A stretch of DNA of 64,000 nucleotides from an uncultured Bradyrhizobium sp. (GCA_964504705.1 CAZDEZ010000011.1:870-64869), one strand, 5' to 3'. Shown: positions 32,501 through 42,988, numbered from the stretch's first letter. The notes: generated by a model not told the origin, from the sequence alone. A program made the numbers and translations.

Positions 32501-33332
32501 CCTCCGCACCGCACAGGATCGCCTGGTGCAGACCGAGAAGCTGGCTTCGCTCGGCCAGCTTACCGCCGGCATCGCGCACGAGATCAAGAACCCGCTCAAC
32601 TTCGTCAACAATTTCGCGGCGCTTTCCGCCGAACTGACGGAGGAATTGAACGATATCCTCAAGCCGGCCGGCCTCGGTGAAAAGATGCGCGAGGAAGTCA
32701 ACGAATTGACCGAGCTCCTGAAGGGCAACCTGGAAAAGGTCGTGCAGCACGGCAAGCGCGCCGATTCCATCGTCAAGAACATGCTGCTGCATTCGCGGGA
32801 GGGCGGCGGTGAGCACCGGCTGTCCGACATCAACGCGCTGGTCGACGAGAGCCTCAGCCTCGCCTATCACGGCGCCCGCGCCGAGAAGCCGGACTTCAAC
32901 GTGACGCTGGAGCGCGATTTCGATCCGGCCGCCGGTCAGATTGACCTCTTTCCGCAGGAGATCACTCGTGTTTTCCTCAATCTTGTCTCGAACGGCTTCT
33001 ACGCCGTGACCAAGCGTCGCAAGGAAGGCGGCGAACCCGGCTTCGAGCCCACGCTGCGGGCGAGCACGAAGAGCCTCGGCGATGCCGTCGAAATCCGCAT
33101 CCGCGACAACGGTACGGGAATCCCGCTTGAGGTAAGGGAGAAGATGTTCAATCCTTTCTTCACCACCAAGCCCGCAGGCGAAGGAACCGGACTGGGCCTG
33201 TCCATGAGCCACGACATCATCGTGAAACAACACGGCGGCACTATCGAGGTGGATACTGAACAGGGCAATTTCGCCGAGTTCCGCATCGTGTTGCCGCGAA
33301 CAAGCAATTTTCTAGAAAAATCCAGAGGATAG
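26532..33332 (+). CDS. Giant cytoplasmic histidine kinase with 11 tandem GAF domains
   Basis: Eleven FA(D/A)QAVIAIxN repeats; H-box AHEIKNPL, N-box, DNGTG, FNPFFTTK, GTGLGL; no TM seen. Confidence 0.93.
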   Translation: MAVLREDMSVAIDELESAIAEIESRLETTRAERDEAKGRQVELEIENANLRRELGLARERQNASAQILASIANTGGDAAHALQLIAETAQHFFDASSVTIRITDGKEWIRTIRVGRGSEQVMAAVPAHELAVHGKNVAGLVYRENRQIHVPDIDHVDASIADFPGWAPARSGGSRTVSGTPLRLGAGAIGAIIIHRDRLPAFTAEELALQQSFADQAVIAIENARLFNETKEALDQQGAIASILSAINHAGGDLSPVFDCILENAHRLCDAPCGSLQLYEGDRVVPVAVRGMTPAFTEFLRAGYPITDGIREGLMADHPIQTVDLVEAARNRGDEPSLRAALELGRIRSMITVPLAKDGVTFGRIVAARQEVRPFDDKQTALLQSFAAQAVIAIENARLFNETKEALEQQKASSDILRVISSSVADAHPVFDKILASCKHLFGSDETAVLLLDGEDTIRLGAYVGNQYEAVAATFPAPLEKSPAGRAIREQHVVHYTDVVNDPRLTRAVRRVAELVGYESMAYAPMLSNGRGIGAIGASRNRGTFSDKELTLLQNFADQAVIAIENARLFNETQEALERQTATADVLNVISRSPTDAGPVFDVIGERAEKLCNAEISVISVRDGDLIRIVGIRGISSEGVELFRAHSPMPLDRQTVTARTIKSGAVVQIADVLADTTYDNKGLATRTGYRNCLGVPMHHKGEVVGAIFVARSEPGLFSDHQIRLLEIFADQAVIAIQNVRLFNETQEALERQTATADILKVIASSPSDVQPVFDAIAQSANRLIGGFTTAVHRIIDDTVHLMAFTSRGAEADETFKAMYPRPQSEVPTVALVQNGETAQFPDIEAASEHTRELARLRGWRSSTVTPLMSQGAFIGYIACTRREPGLLADHHVQLLRTFADQAVIAIENTRLFNETQEALERQTATAEILKVIASSPSDVQPVFDAIAASSKRLLGGFSTTVFRLVEGVLHLVAFTPTTAQADTALTAMFPRPIADFPPFTMISDGRMSRIEDTESDAGVPPMLRDIARLRGYRAMLLTPLMREGAVLGMISVTREKPGAWAEHHAGLLRTFADQAVIAIENTRLFNEVKARTEELSESLQQQTAIGDVLKTISRSTFDLQPVLDTLVNTAALLCNADMAFIMRREGGEYRAGAAVGYTQAYIEFLTNHPLAVDRGTVTGRAVIERRPVQILDVVADPEYAPRETTSLAGQRTTLGVPLLRENEPIGVIVLARQRVEAFTQKQIDLVTTFADQAVIAIENVRLFDELRRRTDDLGEALQQQTATADVLKVISRSAFDLKTVLDALLTSACHLCNADIGTIRYRDDGDFRLAATFGCPPEWIDKFSAYSTKADRGTVFGRTIIDGHTIHIPDVLADPDFKRFEAQKLMGFRAALGVPLTREGQVFGVINLFRFTVSSFEDKQIELVQTFADQAVIAIENVRLFNEVKARTEELSEALQQQTATADVLKLISRSAFDLQAVLNTLTESAARLCNADMGAIALQDERGFYHATNYNFAIDWVKITDGLRLQPGNGTLIGRTLLASAPVQITDVLSDPDYQYPEMQQAAGYRSLLGVPLMRGGEPIGVLFLGRKTVEPYSDKQIELVSTFADQAVIAIENVRLFDEVQAKTRDLQEALTYQTGSANILRVIASSPTNVEPVLQAIVESACELCEAYDAIVRLRFGDTLRAGAHHGPIPIATDEWPINRDSASGRAILEGGPIHVRDMQSAEGDEFPDSQDRARRLGHRTILSVPLIREGESVGVIILRRTEINPFSEKQIALLQTFADQAVIAIGNVHLFEEVQAKTRDLSEALEFQTATGDVLNVISRSPNNLQPVMDTIVETAQRLCSSEYALIMQRRDDGFYRIVAHANADQGLLDWLQENPVSAGDGSAVGIVAIEKKTLHLHDALADSRFTDLRRQSVSRARTMLAVPLLHEDEMIGVVFLGRTEVRPFSDRQVELVTSFADQAVIAISNVKLFEEVQQRTRELSKSLDDLRTAQDRLVQTEKLASLGQLTAGIAHEIKNPLNFVNNFAALSAELTEELNDILKPAGLGEKMREEVNELTELLKGNLEKVVQHGKRADSIVKNMLLHSREGGGEHRLSDINALVDESLSLAYHGARAEKPDFNVTLERDFDPAAGQIDLFPQEITRVFLNLVSNGFYAVTKRRKEGGEPGFEPTLRASTKSLGDAVEIRIRDNGTGIPLEVREKMFNPFFTTKPAGEGTGLGLSMSHDIIVKQHGGTIEVDTEQGNFAEFRIVLPRTSNFLEKSRG

Positions 33333-33334
33333 CC

Positions 33335-33724
33335 GTGAGTGTTCTGGTTCTGGTGGTAGATGACGAGCCCGACGTGGAAGCGTTGTTTCGCCAGCAATTC
33401 CGCCGCGACCTGCGTGCCGAGCGGTTCATCATGGACTTTGCCAGCTCGGCGCCCGATGCGCTGGCACGCGTAGGCGACACCCGGGAGCATTCGCTGATCC
33501 TGATCCTGTCCGACATCAACATGCCCGGCATGACCGGGCTGGAAATGCTGCCGAAGGTCAAGCAGATGCGGCCCGAAGTGCCCGTGATCATGATCACCGC
33601 CTATGGCGATGCCGACACCAGGCGCAAGGCGATCGAGAGCGGCGCAACGGGCCTTCTGACCAAACCGATCGATTTTGCAGCGCTGCGCCACGAGATCGAT
33701 GCCCGGCTCGAGCAGGCCGCATGA
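33335..33724 (+). CDS. Single-domain response regulator
   Basis: VVDDE, SDINMPG, TAYG, KP. Confidence 0.92.
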   Translation: MSVLVLVVDDEPDVEALFRQQFRRDLRAERFIMDFASSAPDALARVGDTREHSLILILSDINMPGMTGLEMLPKVKQMRPEVPVIMITAYGDADTRRKAIESGATGLLTKPIDFAALRHEIDARLEQAA

Positions 33725-34968
33725 CCGCAACCATCCTCGTGGTCGACGACGAGCCGGATCTGGAGGCGCTGATCCTCCAGAAATTCCGACGCCAGGTTCG
33801 CGAGGGCTCGGTCAGCTTCGTGTTCGCCCGTGACGGACTGGAGGCGCTGCAGTCGCTCGAGGCGAATCCCGACGTCGACCTGGTGGTCTCCGACATCAAC
33901 ATGCCGCGAATGGACGGCCTGTCGCTGCTCGCCAGGCTGCAGGAATCAGAGGACAGGAAATCGACCATCATCGTTTCGGCCTACGGCGACATGAGCAACA
34001 TCCGCACCGCGATGAATCGCGGCGCATTCGACTTCCTGACCAAGCCGATTGATTTCGCCGATCTCGAAACGACGATCGACAAGACCCTGCGCCACATCGA
34101 AGTGCTGCGCGAGGCGCGTCGCCGCCAGGCTGAAGCCGAGCGCGCCCATGCCTCGCTGTCCCGTTACTTCTCGCCCGAAATCGCCAAGCGGCTCGCGGCA
34201 GGCGCCGGCGACAGCACGGAGGTGACATGGCGCGACGTTGCGGTCATCTTCACCGACATAACCGGCTTCACCTCGCTCGTCGAAACCGCCGCGCCCGAAC
34301 TGCTGGGGGAACTGCTCAACGAATATGTGAGCGGAATGACCGATGTGGTCTTCGCTCACGAGGGCACCGTGGCGAAGATGATCGGCGATGCGATCGAGGT
34401 GCTGTTCAACGCGCCCGGCGACCAGCCCGACTATGCGGCTCGCGCGGTCGCCTGTGCGCAGGCGCTCGACGCCTGGGCGGAAGCGTTCCGCGGTCGGTGG
34501 AAGGCCAGGGGCGTCAATTTCGGCGCCACCCGCATCGGCGTTCACGGCGGTCCCGCACTGGTCGGAAATTTCGGGGGCGCCCGCTTCTTCGACTACACGG
34601 CCTACGGTGACGTCATCAACACGGCGGCGAGGCTTGAAGCGGCGAACAAGTTTCTCGGCACGCGAATCTGCGTCAGTGCCACGGTTGCGGACGCCGTGCA
34701 GGATTTCAGGGGCCGACCGGTCGGCGATCTCCTGCTGCGCGGGCGCAGCGAACCGCTGCGCGCCTACGAGCCGCTGTCGCCGGCGAGTTTCGAGGCGCCC
34801 GCGACATCGCAGTATGGCAAGGCTTTTGCCAAGCTCGAAGCCGGGGATGACAATGCCATGCCGGCCTTTGCCGCGCTGGTTGGCGCGCATGCCGAGGACC
34901 GTCTCGCCAATTTTCACCTGAAGCGGTTGCTCAACGGCGCAAAGGGCGTCCGCATGGAGCTCGAATAG
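33721..34968 (+). CDS. Receiver-domain class III adenylate cyclase
   Basis: REC domain plus [30 protein letters not shown]. Confidence 0.92.
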   Translation: MTATILVVDDEPDLEALILQKFRRQVREGSVSFVFARDGLEALQSLEANPDVDLVVSDINMPRMDGLSLLARLQESEDRKSTIIVSAYGDMSNIRTAMNRGAFDFLTKPIDFADLETTIDKTLRHIEVLREARRRQAEAERAHASLSRYFSPEIAKRLAAGAGDSTEVTWRDVAVIFTDITGFTSLVETAAPELLGELLNEYVSGMTDVVFAHEGTVAKMIGDAIEVLFNAPGDQPDYAARAVACAQALDAWAEAFRGRWKARGVNFGATRIGVHGGPALVGNFGGARFFDYTAYGDVINTAARLEAANKFLGTRICVSATVADAVQDFRGRPVGDLLLRGRSEPLRAYEPLSPASFEAPATSQYGKAFAKLEAGDDNAMPAFAALVGAHAEDRLANFHLKRLLNGAKGVRMELE

Positions 34969-34979
34969 CTCGGGCCGCC

Positions 34980-36560
34980 CTACTCGGCGGGCTCGGCCGG
35001 CGGCGTGGCGGGCCCTGCGAGCGGGCGCTCCTCCATCGCGATCAGGCAGGCCGCAGCGCAGACCATCATCAGCGCCGCGGCGCCGAACACCCAGCGGAAC
35101 GCCGCGATCATGTCGGACGCCGCGATCGATCCGACGGAGCCGCGGTGCTCGCCCGCGAGCTGAATGTCGGAGCCGAGCGCCATCAGCAGGATGGCGGTGA
35201 AGGCTGCGACCGTGAACGAGGCCATCAGCGCGCGGAAGAAGTTCATCGCCCCGGTCAGCGTGCCGATCTGGGCGCGCGCCACCGAGTTCTGCAGCGACAC
35301 CACGCTGACCGGGAAAGCCGTACCGAGGCCGAGCGCGAAGACGGACATCACCACGAGCAGGCCCCACAGCGGCAACGTGGCGAGCGCCATGGCAAAGCCG
35401 CTGACGACGGCGAGCAACGTGCCGAGGATGGCGACGCGCTTGTAGCGCCGGGCGCGCGCCATGGTGCGGCCGGCGATCGCCGCGCCGCAGGTCGAGATGG
35501 CCGCGAGCGGGATCAACGCAAGGCCGGCCTCGCTCGGGTTGAGGCGATAGACCACCTCGTAATAGAGCGGCAGGTGCACGGTGAGGCCCATGATGGCGCC
35601 GAGCGCGCAGCCGCCGGCGGCAATCGCATAGGGCACCACCGTGCCGCCGAGCAGCGGCAGCGGCAGGAACGGCTCCTCCGCCCTGCGCGCGTACCAGACG
35701 AACGACAGTGCCAGCGCCACGGCCGCGCCGACCATCGACAGGATCGTCGGCGACAGCCACGCAAGGCGGTTACCGCCCCAGGTCAACACCAGCATGACGA
35801 CGACGGCGGAGGCCATCAACAGCACGCCGCCGAGCCAGTCGACTTTGCGATGGCGGTGATAGACCGGGATCTTGGCCATCTTCGGCAACAGCAGCGCCAG
35901 CGCGGCGACGCCGAGCGGCAGGTTGATCCAGAAGATCATCGACCAGTGCAGGTGCTCGGCGAACAGGCCGCCCAGCACCGGGCCCAGGATGCCGCCGGCC
36001 ACCCAGACGCCGCTGAAATAGGCCTGGTACTGGCCGCGCTCGCGCGGGGAGACCACGTCGGAGATCACGGTCTGCACGACAGGCATGATGCCGCCGCCGC
36101 CGAGCCCCTGCAGGCCGCGGGCGAGGATCAAGACCGGCAGGCTCGGCGCCAGCGCGCACAGCACCGAGCCGGCCATGAACAGGCTGAGCGAGATGATGAC
36201 CATGACACGGCGGCCATAGATGTCGCTGAGCGTGCCGAACACCGGCGCGACGGCGGTTGCGGCCAGCAGATACGCCGTGATCACCCAGGACAGATTGGAG
36301 ACGTCGCCGAACTGGCGGCCGAGGGTCGGAAGTGCGGTTGCGACGATGGTCTGTTCCAGCGCGGCCAGGAACATCGTCAGCAGAAGGCTCATCAGGATGG
36401 TGCGGACCTCGCCCTTGTCAAGCGGCGCCGGCGGGGCAAGCGGCGGCGCATCCGCGATGTCGATGACCTCGGTCGGGATATGCGAGATCTCTTCGGCGAC
36501 CTCGTCGGACAAAATTTCCTGGTCGGCAGCCCGACGGCTCTGCCGTTCGAAATCGCTCAT
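34980..36560 (-). CDS. MFS drug efflux transporter (DHA2, 14-TM)
   Basis: [33 protein letters not shown]. Confidence 0.92.
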   Translation of the reverse strand: MSDFERQSRRAADQEILSDEVAEEISHIPTEVIDIADAPPLAPPAPLDKGEVRTILMSLLLTMFLAALEQTIVATALPTLGRQFGDVSNLSWVITAYLLAATAVAPVFGTLSDIYGRRVMVIISLSLFMAGSVLCALAPSLPVLILARGLQGLGGGGIMPVVQTVISDVVSPRERGQYQAYFSGVWVAGGILGPVLGGLFAEHLHWSMIFWINLPLGVAALALLLPKMAKIPVYHRHRKVDWLGGVLLMASAVVVMLVLTWGGNRLAWLSPTILSMVGAAVALALSFVWYARRAEEPFLPLPLLGGTVVPYAIAAGGCALGAIMGLTVHLPLYYEVVYRLNPSEAGLALIPLAAISTCGAAIAGRTMARARRYKRVAILGTLLAVVSGFAMALATLPLWGLLVVMSVFALGLGTAFPVSVVSLQNSVARAQIGTLTGAMNFFRALMASFTVAAFTAILLMALGSDIQLAGEHRGSVGSIAASDMIAAFRWVFGAAALMMVCAAACLIAMEERPLAGPATPPAEPAE

Positions 36561-36700
36561 CTCGCTGTAATTCGTGCGCTGCGCGGAATGCCGCGCGGTT
36601 GAATCTTGTCCCGCAATCTAGGGGCCGGACGCGGTTCGCGGCACCCGGGCCAGCGCATGGGAGCATCCCGCGAGCGGGCACCGTGGTTCGCCGGGCAAAA

Positions 36701-37216
36701 TCACGCCCGCGGCGGCCGTTTCAGCTTCGCCTTTCGCGGCAGCATCTTCGGCCACAACACGATGTGATCCTGCAGCTCGTCGATCGACATCTCGTCTTCC
36801 TTGCCGGTCACCCGGCCGCGGACCGAGACGCCAGCCTCATGCACGGTATCGGGATCGCCGGAGATCAGCGGGTGCCACCAATAGAGGTCGCGTCCCTCGG
36901 CAACCAGCCGGTAGCCGCAGCTCGGCGGCAGCCAGTTGAGGGTGCGGACGTTGGCGGCCGACAGCCGGACGCAATCCGGAACCTGGTCGGACCTGTTCGC
37001 ATAGTCCTTGCAGGCACAGGCGCCGGCGTCGAGCAGGCGGCAGGCGACGTCGGTGAAGTAGATCTTGCCGGTATCCTCGTCCTCAAGCTTCTCCAGGCAG
37101 CAGCGCGCGCAGCCGTCGCACAGGCTTTCCCATTCGGCGTCAGACATTTCCTCCAACGTCTTGGTTTTCCAGAAGAATTCCTCCTGGCCCGAGACTCGTT
37201 TGGGCGGTGCGGTCAT
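36701..37216 (-). CDS. YcgN/UPF0260 cysteine-cluster protein
   Basis: [35 protein letters not shown]. Confidence 0.9.
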   Translation of the reverse strand: MTAPPKRVSGQEEFFWKTKTLEEMSDAEWESLCDGCARCCLEKLEDEDTGKIYFTDVACRLLDAGACACKDYANRSDQVPDCVRLSAANVRTLNWLPPSCGYRLVAEGRDLYWWHPLISGDPDTVHEAGVSVRGRVTGKEDEMSIDELQDHIVLWPKMLPRKAKLKRPPRA

Positions 37217-37502
37217 AACCCTCTGATATCCCTGGAATGGCGCCGGCTTGCCGCCCTTCTAGGGGCTGGAGGTGCGGCGGCGCAAGCGGGCTTGGCGCGG
37301 TCGGAACGAATTGCGGCACATTAGGCGTGTCGTTCGAAATCGCTGCAACGCCATTGGTTTATGGCCTTCTCTCGGATAGAAATGCAGGTGAGTCTCGGGG
37401 CACGCAAATTGAGCGCCTTGGGTTTGCCGCAACATTCCCGCAAGACGTCCTCTGGCAGCCCCCCGGCTGGCCGCGGCGCTTTCGAACCGATGAAGTAAAC
37501 CG

Positions 37503-39776
37503 GTGCGCAGGATCATACCGCCCAAGTTGAAGCAGAAGATCAAGAACGCGATGCTGGACATCGATGCCCGCATCGATTCCACGTTGTTCTCTTCCGCCAA
37601 GGGCCTGCGCGAGCTCTATGAGCGTTACTCGACCTTCATGGACCGCTTCTATGTCGGCCGCTGGAAGCGCTGGGTGATCATCGAGCCGGCCTCGGAAGCC
37701 GCCACCATCGGCCTTGGCGGCCTCGTGCTGATGCTGGCGCTCGCCATCCCCGCCTTCCGTGAGACCGCCGACGACGACTGGCTGAAGAAATCCGACCTCG
37801 CGGTCAGCTTCCTCGACCGCTATGGCAATCCGATCGGCAGCCGCGGCATCAAGCACAACGACTCGATCCCGCTGGAGGATTTTCCGGACGTCCTGATCAA
37901 GGCGACGCTGGCCACCGAGGACCGCCGCTTCTACGACCATTTCGGCATCGACATCCCCGGCACCGCCCGCGCGCTCGTCACCAACGCGCAGGCCGGCGGC
38001 GTGCGCCAGGGCGGCTCGTCGATCACGCAACAGCTGGCCAAGAACCTGTTCCTCAACAACGAGCGCACCATCGAGCGCAAGGTCAAGGAGGCCTTCCTCG
38101 CGATCTGGCTCGAGACGCGGCTGACCAAGAACGAGATCCTCAAGCTCTATCTCGACCGCGCCTATATGGGCGGCGGCACTTTCGGCGTCGACGGCGCCGC
38201 GCATTTCTACTTCAACAAGTCGGCGCGCGACGTGAACCTGCAGGAAGCCGCGATGCTGGCGGGCCTGTTCAAGGCGCCGACCAAATACGCTCCCCATATC
38301 AACCTGCCCGCCGCCCGCGCCCGCGCCAACGTCGTGCTCGACAATCTCGTCGACGCCGGCTTCATGACCGAGGGCCAGGTGTTCGGCGCCCGCCGCAACC
38401 CCGCCTTCGCCGTCGACCGCCGCGACGAGAACTCGCCGAACTACTACCTCGACTACGCCTTCGAAGAGATGCGCAAGCTGGTGGACACGTTCCCGAAGTC
38501 CTACACCGAGCGCGTCTTCGTGGTGCGAACCACCATCGACATGAACGTGCAGCGCGCCGCCGAGGCCACCGTTGAGAACCAGCTGCGCCAGTTCGGCCGC
38601 GATTACCATGCAACCCAGGCGGCGGTCGCCGTCGCCGATCTCGACGGCGGCGTGCGCGCCATGGTCGGCGGCCGCGACTACGGCGCCAGCCAGTTCAACC
38701 GCGCCACCGACGCCTATCGCCAGCCCGGCTCCTCGTTCAAGCCCTACGTCTACGCCACCGCGCTCCTGAACGGCTACAAGCCCAACTCGATCGTGGTGGA
38801 CGGCCCGGTCTGCATCGGCAACTGGTGCCCGCAGAACTACAGCCACGGTTATTCCGGCTCGATGACGCTGACGACGGCAATCACGCGTTCCATCAACGTC
38901 ATCCCGGTCAAGCTCTCGATCGCGCTGGGCGGCAAGGCGTCCAATCCGGCCAAGGTCGGACGCCAGAAGATCACCGAAGTGGCGCGCCGCTTCGGCCTCA
39001 CGGCGCCGCTGCCCGATACGCCGTCGATGCCGATCGGCTCCGACGAGGTCACCGTGCTCGAGCACGCGGTGGCCTATGCGACTTTCCCCAACAAGGGCAA
39101 GGCGCCGATCCCCCATGCGGTGCTGGAAGTGCGCACCGGCACCGGCGACCTGGTCTGGCGCTTCGACCGCGACGGCAAGAAGCAGATCCAGGCGATACCC
39201 GCTTCCGTCGCCGCGGACATGTCGGAGATGATGAGCCATGTCGTCAGCGAGGGTACCGCGCGGCGCGCCATCATCGACGGCATTCCGACCGCCGGCAAGA
39301 CCGGCACCACCAACGCCTATCGCGACGCCTGGTTCGTCGGCTTCACCGGCAACTTCACCTGCGCGGTCTGGTACGGCAACGACGACTATTCGCCGACCAA
39401 CCGCATGACCGGCGGCTCGCTGCCGGCGCAGACCTGGCGCGAGATCATGGTGGTCGCCCACCAGGGCGTCGAGGTCAAGGAAGTGCCGGGCATCGGCATG
39501 GGCCAGAAGCTGCCGCCGCAGACCGCGGCCGCGATGGCCGCGGCTGCGCCGAAGATCATCGACACCAAGCCCGGCCCGCCGCCGGTGCTGACCAAGCGCG
39601 GCGCCGACATCCTGGTGCGGATCGAGAAGCAGCTCGACGACGCCAGCAAGACCGCGGCGAAGACTTCCGCTACCGAACCGCCGAAGGGCGCGAAGTCGAG
39701 CGCGGTTGCGATCCCCGACAGTTTTGCCGCGGCAACCCCGAACGACAAGACCGCGCCCGCCGCGCGCAAGAACTGA
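37503..39776 (+). CDS. Class A penicillin-binding protein (PBP1A family)
   Basis: EDRRFYDH, QGGSSITQQLAKN, SSFK, SIN, KTG. Confidence 0.95.
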   Translation: MRRIIPPKLKQKIKNAMLDIDARIDSTLFSSAKGLRELYERYSTFMDRFYVGRWKRWVIIEPASEAATIGLGGLVLMLALAIPAFRETADDDWLKKSDLAVSFLDRYGNPIGSRGIKHNDSIPLEDFPDVLIKATLATEDRRFYDHFGIDIPGTARALVTNAQAGGVRQGGSSITQQLAKNLFLNNERTIERKVKEAFLAIWLETRLTKNEILKLYLDRAYMGGGTFGVDGAAHFYFNKSARDVNLQEAAMLAGLFKAPTKYAPHINLPAARARANVVLDNLVDAGFMTEGQVFGARRNPAFAVDRRDENSPNYYLDYAFEEMRKLVDTFPKSYTERVFVVRTTIDMNVQRAAEATVENQLRQFGRDYHATQAAVAVADLDGGVRAMVGGRDYGASQFNRATDAYRQPGSSFKPYVYATALLNGYKPNSIVVDGPVCIGNWCPQNYSHGYSGSMTLTTAITRSINVIPVKLSIALGGKASNPAKVGRQKITEVARRFGLTAPLPDTPSMPIGSDEVTVLEHAVAYATFPNKGKAPIPHAVLEVRTGTGDLVWRFDRDGKKQIQAIPASVAADMSEMMSHVVSEGTARRAIIDGIPTAGKTGTTNAYRDAWFVGFTGNFTCAVWYGNDDYSPTNRMTGGSLPAQTWREIMVVAHQGVEVKEVPGIGMGQKLPPQTAAAMAAAAPKIIDTKPGPPPVLTKRGADILVRIEKQLDDASKTAAKTSATEPPKGAKSSAVAIPDSFAAATPNDKTAPAARKN

Positions 39777-39783
39777 CCCACCC

Positions 39784-40362
39784 GTGCGTCTCGTCTTCAT
39801 CACCCTGCTTGCGCTCCTGATCGCCTCGGCGATCGGTGTCGGCTCGACCTACATGACCGCGACCAAGGGCACCGAAATCGGCACGCTGAAGATCGGCGCC
39901 TGGACGGCGCGGCCGAAGACCGGCAACGCCGACGTCGATCCCTACTCGCGCGCCACCATCGTGCGCAGCGGCGAACTGCCGGTCGGCACCGGGGACGGCG
40001 TCGCCTTCACCGCCACCACCGACGACAAGAACAAGCCGCTCGACGGCCGCTGCGACGTCGTGGTCAGCGGCGTGACGCCGGCGGCGCGGTTCTGGACGCT
40101 GACGCTGTACGACACCAAGGGCCAGCTCGTCGCCAATGCGCTGCAGCGCTACGGCTTCACCAGCCAGGAGGTGATCCGCGGCGCCGACGGCTCGTTCGAG
40201 GTGCGGGTGGCCTCGCGCGCGCGCTCCGGCAACTGGCTGCCGACCGGCGGCATCGAGCGCTATGCGCTGATGATGCGGCTCTACGACACGCCGGTCGGGG
40301 TCGCCACGCGCACCCAGCGCGACGCGCCGATGCCGCAGATATCGACGGTGGGCTGCCCATGA
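39784..40362 (+). CDS. DUF1214-domain protein
   Basis: PLDGRCD, ARFWTLTLY, GNWLP, MRLY; GTG start. Confidence 0.8.
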   Translation: MRLVFITLLALLIASAIGVGSTYMTATKGTEIGTLKIGAWTARPKTGNADVDPYSRATIVRSGELPVGTGDGVAFTATTDDKNKPLDGRCDVVVSGVTPAARFWTLTLYDTKGQLVANALQRYGFTSQEVIRGADGSFEVRVASRARSGNWLPTGGIERYALMMRLYDTPVGVATRTQRDAPMPQISTVGCP

Positions 40363-40976
40363 TCCGGCTCGCCTTCACCGTCATCGCTGGCGTGCTGCTC
40401 GGGCTCATCGTGCATCTGGTCGCCGTGCTGGCGCTGCCGCGGATCGCAACCCAGGACGCCTATTCGCGCCTGACGCCGATGACCAAGCTCAACGCGGTGA
40501 CGCAGCTGCCGCCCGTCGATCCCAGCAACGCGCCGATGCCGTTCATGGACCCGGCCTTTGCCGTTGCGATCTGCCGCTACGACCTGTCGGGCGGCCCGAT
40601 CAAGCTCGCGGTGCCCGTCAGCCAGGCCTACACGTCGGTGTCGTTCTACACGCGCAGCGAAGTCGCCTACTACGCGATCAACGACCGTTCCGCGGGCCGC
40701 AAGGTGATCGAGCTCGACCTGATGACGCAGGCGCAGCATGCCGAACTGCCGGAGGAGGAGGACGTCACCTCCGCCGACCGCCTGATCATCGACTCCCCGA
40801 CCGAGACCGGCCTGATCGTGATGAAGGCACTGGCGCCGGAGCCCGGCCTGATGCCGCAGGCGCAGGCTTCGCTGGCCGCCTCGAAGTGCGAGGTGCACAC
40901 CGAACCGACCCCGGCCAAGCAGCCCGAACCGCCGCCGCCTCCCCCGCCGCCCGCACGGCCGCAGGGCAAGCGGTAG
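40359..40976 (+). CDS. DUF1254-like membrane-anchored protein
   Basis: DPAFAVAICRYDLSGGP; ATGA-coupled to DUF1214; Pro-rich tail. Confidence 0.72.
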   Translation: MIRLAFTVIAGVLLGLIVHLVAVLALPRIATQDAYSRLTPMTKLNAVTQLPPVDPSNAPMPFMDPAFAVAICRYDLSGGPIKLAVPVSQAYTSVSFYTRSEVAYYAINDRSAGRKVIELDLMTQAQHAELPEEEDVTSADRLIIDSPTETGLIVMKALAPEPGLMPQAQASLAASKCEVHTEPTPAKQPEPPPPPPPPARPQGKR

Positions 40977-40995
40977 CGCGTCGACCACGCCCCGA

Positions 40996-42921
40996 TCAAA
41001 TCGCCACCTGCGCGCCGATCTCGACGACGCGGCCGGTTGGAATCCGGAAGTAGTCGGTCGCGTCGCTCGCCCCGGAGGCCAGTCCGATGAAGAGCCGGTC
41101 CTGCCAGCGCGGCATTTCCGAGCGGGCGGCGATCCTGAGCGAGCGCCGCGACACATAGAACGAAGTCGACATGATCTCGAATTTCCATCCCGCCTTTCGC
41201 GCGAGGGCCAGCGCCTCCGGGATGTTCGGCACGTCCATGAAGCCGAAGCGCAGCTTGACGCGAAGAAAGCTTTCGCCGAGCGGCTCGATCTGAACGCGTT
41301 CGTCCTGGGAGACCCGCGGCGTCTCGGCGTATTCGACCGTCAGCACGACATTTCGCTCGTGCAGCACCTTGTTGTGCTTGAGGTTGTGCAGCAGCGCGGT
41401 CGGCGCGTGATCCGGATTGCCGGTGAGAAATATGGCTGTGCCGGAAGCGCGATGCGGCGGCGATTTTTCGAGCATCCCGACCAGGGTGGACAGAGGGACT
41501 TGCAGCTTGGCGCTCTTCGCCGCGAGGACCGCGGTGCCGCGGCGCCAGGTATACATCGCCGCGACCATGACGGCGCCCAGCAGCAAAGGCATCCAGCCGC
41601 CATCCATCACCTTGAGCAGGTTGGCGCCGAGAAAGGTGACATCCAGCAGCAGGAACGGCGCCACCAGCAGGCCGGCTGCGACCGCCGACCAGTCCCACAC
41701 CTTCCAGATCACCACGAAGGCGAGCATCGTCGTAACCACCATCGTGCCCGTAACGGCGATGCCGTAGGCCGAAGCCAGCGCAGTGGAGGAGCGGAACATG
41801 AAGACCAGCACCAATACCCCGACCAGCAGCAATCCGTTGACGCGCGGCATGTAGATCTGTCCGACCAGCGCTTCGGACGTATGCCTGATCTCCAGCCGCG
41901 GCAGCAAGCCGAGCTGGATCGCCTGTTGCGTTACGGAATAGGCCCCGGTGATGACGGCCTGGCTGGCAATGACGGTGGCGGCGGTTGCCAGCACCACCAT
42001 CGGGATCAGCGCCCATTGCGGATAAAGCAGGAAGAACGGGTTCTCGATCGCGGCCGGATCCGCAAGCACCAGCGCACCTTGGCCGAGATAGTTGACGGTG
42101 AGTGCCGGCAGGGCGACGAAGAGCCATGCGGTCCGGATCGGACCACGGCCGAAATGCCCGAGATCGGCATAGAGCGCCTCCGAGCCGGTGACGACCAGGA
42201 ACACGGCGCCCAGCGTCAGGAGCCCGATCAAGCCGTGATCGAGCAGGAAGCGCAAGCCGTGAACCGGATTGAAGGCGAGCAGCACCGACGGATTGTCCGA
42301 GATGTGCCACAGGCCCGCCAGCGTAAGCGTCGCGAACCACACCAGCGTGATAGGGCCGAAGAACGCCGCCACCCGTGCGGTACCCCGCGATTGCACCGCA
42401 AACAATCCGATCAGGATTGCCGCGGTGATCGGAACCACATAGGGGTCGAAGGCGGGCGTGATGATCTTGATGCCCTCGATGGCCGAGAGCACCGAGAGCG
42501 AAGGCGTGATGATCGCATCGCCAAAGAAGAGACCGCCGCTGATGATGCCAAGCAGCATGACGATCGGCGCCCGCCCGCCAACCGCCTTGTTGGCGAGCGC
42601 CATCAGCGCGAGCGTGCCGCCCTCGCCATGGTTGTCCGCGCGTAACAGGATAACGACGTATTTCAGCGTGACCACCAGCAGCAGGGCCCAGATGATCAGC
42701 GACAGGATGCCGAGCACGGCCTCGTGCGTCGCCGGATTGCCGTGGCCTACGGCGGCCAGCACGGATTCCTTCACGGCATAGAGCGGGCTGGTCCCGATAT
42801 CGCCGTAGACGACGCCGATGGCGCCGAGCGTCAGTCCCCGGAAGCCGGCGTGTCGCTGACCTTCGCCGGTTTGCGCGCCAGCAACCTCGCCAACGGCCTG
42901 TTCTGCGCTGCTAATGGTCAT
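40996..42921 (-). CDS. kup: Potassium transporter Kup
   Basis: [49 protein letters not shown]. Confidence 0.96.
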   Translation of the reverse strand: MTISSAEQAVGEVAGAQTGEGQRHAGFRGLTLGAIGVVYGDIGTSPLYAVKESVLAAVGHGNPATHEAVLGILSLIIWALLLVVTLKYVVILLRADNHGEGGTLALMALANKAVGGRAPIVMLLGIISGGLFFGDAIITPSLSVLSAIEGIKIITPAFDPYVVPITAAILIGLFAVQSRGTARVAAFFGPITLVWFATLTLAGLWHISDNPSVLLAFNPVHGLRFLLDHGLIGLLTLGAVFLVVTGSEALYADLGHFGRGPIRTAWLFVALPALTVNYLGQGALVLADPAAIENPFFLLYPQWALIPMVVLATAATVIASQAVITGAYSVTQQAIQLGLLPRLEIRHTSEALVGQIYMPRVNGLLLVGVLVLVFMFRSSTALASAYGIAVTGTMVVTTMLAFVVIWKVWDWSAVAAGLLVAPFLLLDVTFLGANLLKVMDGGWMPLLLGAVMVAAMYTWRRGTAVLAAKSAKLQVPLSTLVGMLEKSPPHRASGTAIFLTGNPDHAPTALLHNLKHNKVLHERNVVLTVEYAETPRVSQDERVQIEPLGESFLRVKLRFGFMDVPNIPEALALARKAGWKFEIMSTSFYVSRRSLRIAARSEMPRWQDRLFIGLASGASDATDYFRIPTGRVVEIGAQVAI

Positions 42922-42988
42922 CTCAAGCCTCGTCGTTGAATTCATGTCGAAAGAGAGAATCGTCCCGCCACTGCACGCGCATTCGGGT

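Noticed and set aside
37359-39803. Long antisense or alternate-frame ORFs (also 4133-6337, 7682-9844, 46123-48102, 61103-62833)
   Set aside because: Shadow ORFs of high-GC genes; Arg/Ala/Gly-rich with no motifs
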